Shown in pieces: positions 59,923 through 64,000 of a DNA stretch of 64,000 nucleotides. The stretch's first letter is position 1; every line of letters starts with the position of its first letter. Location: contig NC_083236.1 of NCBI RefSeq assembly GCF_032191835.1, forward strand, positions 33,046,001-33,110,000, written 5' to 3'. The DNA is from Heteronotia binoei. Lineage: Eukaryota. The notes below the pieces were generated by a model that saw only the letters and a list, made by a program, of their open reading frames with translations, did no database searches and was not told the origin of the DNA. Position numbers and translations under genes: made by a program.

Positions 59923-61270
59923 TCACTGATCAATAATGAGTCTCGCGCGTTTTGTCACAAGAGTAGTTACTGACTCAACTGCTCAGAGACTAGTCAGAGA
60001 ATGGATCTTCCAATACAAAACCGAAACCTAGCCACCAGTCAAGATGGTGGGGGCCAGACTGCTGTCTGGGGAAATCGAGACTGTGGTGGAACAGCAAGGC
60101 TTTTTGAGCAGTAGCTCTAATGCTTCTGAAATCAGCAATGAGAAGAGGTACTTTCATGTCCCCCTGCAAATCTATTTATGCAGGCATTTGGCATGTGAAC
60201 AATATTATACATCTCAACAGAACTGCTACTGGTCAGACTATTTCTGCTCTGGTCCTCAAGAATATGTTACCTGTTCAGTTTTATCTAGGGTTTTTTTTTT
60301 TGCTATGTCTGTAAATCTCAGACTGGAGGGATGATGATAAATGTTTAAAATAAACAAATAAATTGCTTTTTGATTCACAGGTCAAGAAACAAGAGTATTA
60401 TCAAGTCTTTTAAGTTAGATCCGCCTAAATATGTCTTTTGAACTCTGAAGAAAAGGGGGCAGGATCCCTCCATCAGAAAACTGCAGCAGATTATAGTACT
60501 GGCAGCATTCAAAATCAGATACCTAGCTGCAGCACAAAAACCAAAGAACCTCTTTGTCTGCCTTCCTGCACATCAGATTTCTAAGACAGGCAGCCACCTT
60601 CGTATCTGTGACTGCAAACACAATGCAACACGCAGATCAAGCTCTACGAAGCTTCCATTTGAAACAATGTGATATCCATACCCCAGAGCCTGTGGACAAA
60701 GTCTGAGCGGCTGCTTCTAACTTCTGCAGATATGCAACATTTGAACACAGTAAGTTGCCTTTTAATGAGTCAAACTATTGGCCCTCTAGTCCAAGGTCAG
60801 AAGAAGAAATCCCTTTCCCCATCCCTGGAAACCAAGGACCTTGAAATGGGAGGGGCCAGGGACTGAACCTTCTGCTTGCAAAGCGTGTTTTCCACTTTCA
60901 CTGGGCTGTGGCCCCTCTTCCCCACTCCTCCACTTGCAACTGCTGGAATGGCCTTGGGTCAGCCATAGCCCTGGCAGAGGTTGTCCTTGAAAGGGCAGCT
61001 GCTGTGAGAGCCCTCTCCAGCCCTACCCACCTCACAGGGTGTCTGTTCTGGGGAGGAAGGTAAAGGAGATTGTGAGCCGCTCTGAGACTCTTCGGAGTGG
61101 AGGGCGGGATATAAATCCAATATCTTCTATCTTCTTCTTCTTCCTGAGAGGTTCAGGCACCCAAACCATTGAAGAGTGCCTGTTACTGAAACGTTGCCTT
61201 TACTGTTTCAATGATGGAGAGCTTTCTATAAATGGGATTTTACAGACAGCAAGCTAGGAACCATCTACAT

Positions 61271-61469
61271 CAGGGCTTTTTTTTGAGCAGGAGTGCACAG
61301 GAACGCAGTTCTGGCTGGCTTGGTGTCAGTGGGTGTGGCCTAATATCCAAATGAGCTTCTGCTGGGCTTTTACTACAAAAAGGCCTTGTGAGCAACAAGG
61401 GTGATGTTGGGGGTGTGGCCTAATATACAAATGAGTTCCTGCTGGGGGTCTTCTACAAAAAAAGCCCTG
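61271..61469. mobile_element. hAT-type MITE, same family
   Basis: CAGGGCTTTTTT...AAAAAAAGCCCTG with 8-bp TSD ATCTACAT/ATCTATAT. Confidence 0.85.
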
Positions 61470-62302
61470 ATCTATATACAAAAGTTCCCATAGCTGGAAA
61501 GGGTCAAAAGGCATCTAGGACAAGACATGCCACTGATTAGCAGCTCTTCATAATCTAAATATAGTGCTGGGGGGGTCAAGATCAACAAAGTGGTAGAGAA
61601 AAGGGAGGAAGAGGTTTCCTTCTGGCACCCCAAACAGGCTGATGAAACTTCTCCCACCCAGGAAAATCCACCCAGAAGCCTCCAAAAAGAAACTACTAGA
61701 TATATTAGGCCAGTAGCATTCAACATCACTTTTGCCTAAGACATAGCAGGAAATGGGAAGGAACACAAGACCCTATAACACTCCCCACCCCTCACCCTCG
61801 CTTATGTTTTTTCTATCCAGTTTTCCACCTTAAGGAGCAATTCTTGGGGATACTTTCTATTCAGCTCTATGACAAGTATAGGAACAGACTGCAGGGTCAG
61901 AGCTTGAAGGTAGTTCTGGATGCCAAGTAGTTTCACACCGTGCTGAAGCACTGCTCACACCCCCTTCCCCACTGCAGGCATTTTCACATTGTTACAACTA
62001 CTCTGAAAGCTGCCTTTTCACAGTATTGAACTAACGACCCAGCGCCGCTCATGCAAATGCAGCTCCGGGGTCTGAAGGGATGAGGTAAGCAGCACAGATC
62101 AGAAATGATTAGGGGCTTCCATCAGTTTCAAGGGCTCGAGGGAGTTGCACAAATCATTCTTGGCGTGGAAAGTAGGTCTGTGCCTAAGGGTAAGGCAGAA
62201 TGGATGGGAGAGCCCAGTTTGCAGCATGCGGGCTGGAGAAACAGCCAGCCGAAGTTCCTGAATGCCAGTTACTCATCAGGCACACAGGAGCCAGCTTCAT
62301 AC

Positions 62303-62442
62303 CTTTGCTCAAGGTAGCGCAGAGCCTGCCTTACAAACTCCATTTGCACTTCCATGCTCGTCCGGACTTTCAGCGCATCGCTAGCAGGAACCAGCAGGAC
62401 GTCGGTCATTTGCTTCACCATAACCCATAGGTCAGAAATGTT
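62303..62442 (-). CDS. NUP93: NUP93 exon (140 bp, exon 8 equivalent)
   Basis: [46 protein letters not shown]; tag acceptor, gtatga donor. Confidence 0.97.
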
Positions 62443-63300
62443 CTAGGAAACAAACCCAGTTGTGATAAAACAGACAATAGTTACCATTCCATCCTGTCCT
62501 GAAAAAGATACACGGACAGCCTTGTGAGCATTTTAAAACAAAGGTAAGCCTCTTCTAACTATTTGCATTCACTGATGACCATTGCCCTTTCGGATGACTG
62601 TGCTAGCCCGCTCTTATTACTTTTAGGCCACAAATACATGACAAACTCACTTTTATTGCCCCACCACCATCGTGCCTGCTACACCTCGGGAATTCGAAGG
62701 TGTGGAGATCTGCAAGGGTGCTGGAAATCCTATTAGAGCTCCTTCCATCAATTTGTAACACTATGATTGTCAGGTTCCTTTGGAGGAAAGCCTGACAGTA
62801 CAATAACGTTACACAATGCTAGGCTGAAATCTGCCTTGGCAGCTTCTCTGGTTGCAGAGAGCTGGAAGAGTTTCTCAAAGCCTGGGAGCACATGAAATGA
62901 GAGGGCTGTAAGAATCACAGCAGCTTCCCAAAACCTCATTTGGGATTCATCGCCTTCTTGATTTTGGACTTAAGGGATGATTCGCTAGGACAGCACGATG
63001 CTCCAGATTTCGCAGTGCCCCCAATTTACACATGAAACGTCAGTTAATAAATTGTGTCTCTGTGGGCAAAATAGGGCCACGCAGCCTTGGAATGCCCCAG
63101 ATAGGCACAGATACACTTGAAGCAGCTGCTCGTCACAATGAATTTTCTTCCCTGTACTTCCGCAAAACAAACCCAAATGCATGGCTGTAAGTGTGAGCAA
63201 ATATTTAAAAAGCAGCTCATTTTAGCCTATGTCAGCAACCGACTAATCTCGGCTGAATTCCAAAGTACAGTCGACTCCTTTGCTAACTGGTGGGCTGTAC

Positions 63301-63390
63301 CTTATCATCCAGTTCTGCTGCAGCGGCACAGAGGTCCACCAAGTTGGGCTGCAGATATCCGTTCACAATCTTCTCATTATAAACGTAAAT
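63301..63390 (-). CDS. NUP93: NUP93 exon (90 bp, exon 7 equivalent); upstream exons lie beyond 64000
   Basis: [30 protein letters not shown]; cag acceptor, gtacag donor. The 16 exons sum to 1896 bp, or 632 codons including the stop. Confidence 0.97.
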
Positions 63391-64000
63391 CTGAAACATA
63401 TTCAGAGTAAGCGGCTTCCCACCACCAAATGCACCCCCCCCACCGGCCCCCTATTCTTCTTCCCTATCAACCCTTCTCTCCCTTAGCTGCTAGCCGCAGC
63501 GAAATCTGAACAAGCCTTCCAGATCAGATGGCCTTGGGGGAGTTTTCCAGCCGGCACAAGCCTCCCAATTCCACTGCCTTGCAGCAGCAGGAACACATCG
63601 GGGGACGGAGAGTAATATAAAATTGCTCCTTCGCATTTGTTCCACAGCTCCAGGCAGGCCCCGGGGTTAGAAGCATTATAGTATTTCCTGCTGCTCTACA
63701 TGGCAAATCCTAAATTGATCTAATGGTAGGGCAGAGGGAACCAAGTGCTGGCAGATACTCGAGCCCTGCACAAAGCTACTGGGCCTCGATGGCAAACCAT
63801 CCGCTTTGCATGCAGAAGGTGTAAGGGTCAATCCCTGACCTCTCCGCAGTTACAGAGGAAACCAGGTTTTGGTCAAGATCTTTCAGTGTCTTAGATCCTG
63901 GAGAGTCGCTGCCAATCACAGCAGACAATACTTCACTAAACACACCAGTGATTGGATTTTACTGACTGGTACCCTCTTACTTGTGGAAGATCATTAACGA

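Overview
Vertebrate genomic DNA, most likely a squamate and probably a gecko (inferred from the Sauria-type, Squam3-like and 5S-derived SINEs). Three host genes lie on the minus strand in the order known from human 16q13. NUP93 contributes its last 16 coding exons (63390 to 30584). The mir-138-2 hairpin lies at 23331-23414. SLC12A3 (NCC) contributes coding exons 1-8 (14642 to 3354) and continues past position 1. All exon boundaries inside the window are GT-AG and the reading phase is kept throughout. The standout accessory feature is a 3,719-bp Ty1/copia LTR retrotransposon (35234-38952) inserted in sense orientation in the second-to-last NUP93 intron. It has two 398-bp LTRs that look identical, a 5-bp TSD (GGTCA) and one uninterrupted 886-aa Gag-PR-IN ORF. 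It lacks RT/RNase H entirely and its integrase lacks the catalytic Glu. Its primer-binding site matches 28 of 31 nt of the 5' half of initiator tRNA-Met, and each LTR carries a perfect estrogen response element and a perfect Maf/AP-1 palindrome. Other observations are a ~114-bp tandem array made of two hairpins, a PPxY motif in the NCC N-terminus, Penelope remnants with decayed hammerhead cores, and several nested transposon insertions. Repeat-family names and exon numbers rest on recalled consensus sequences, not on database searches.
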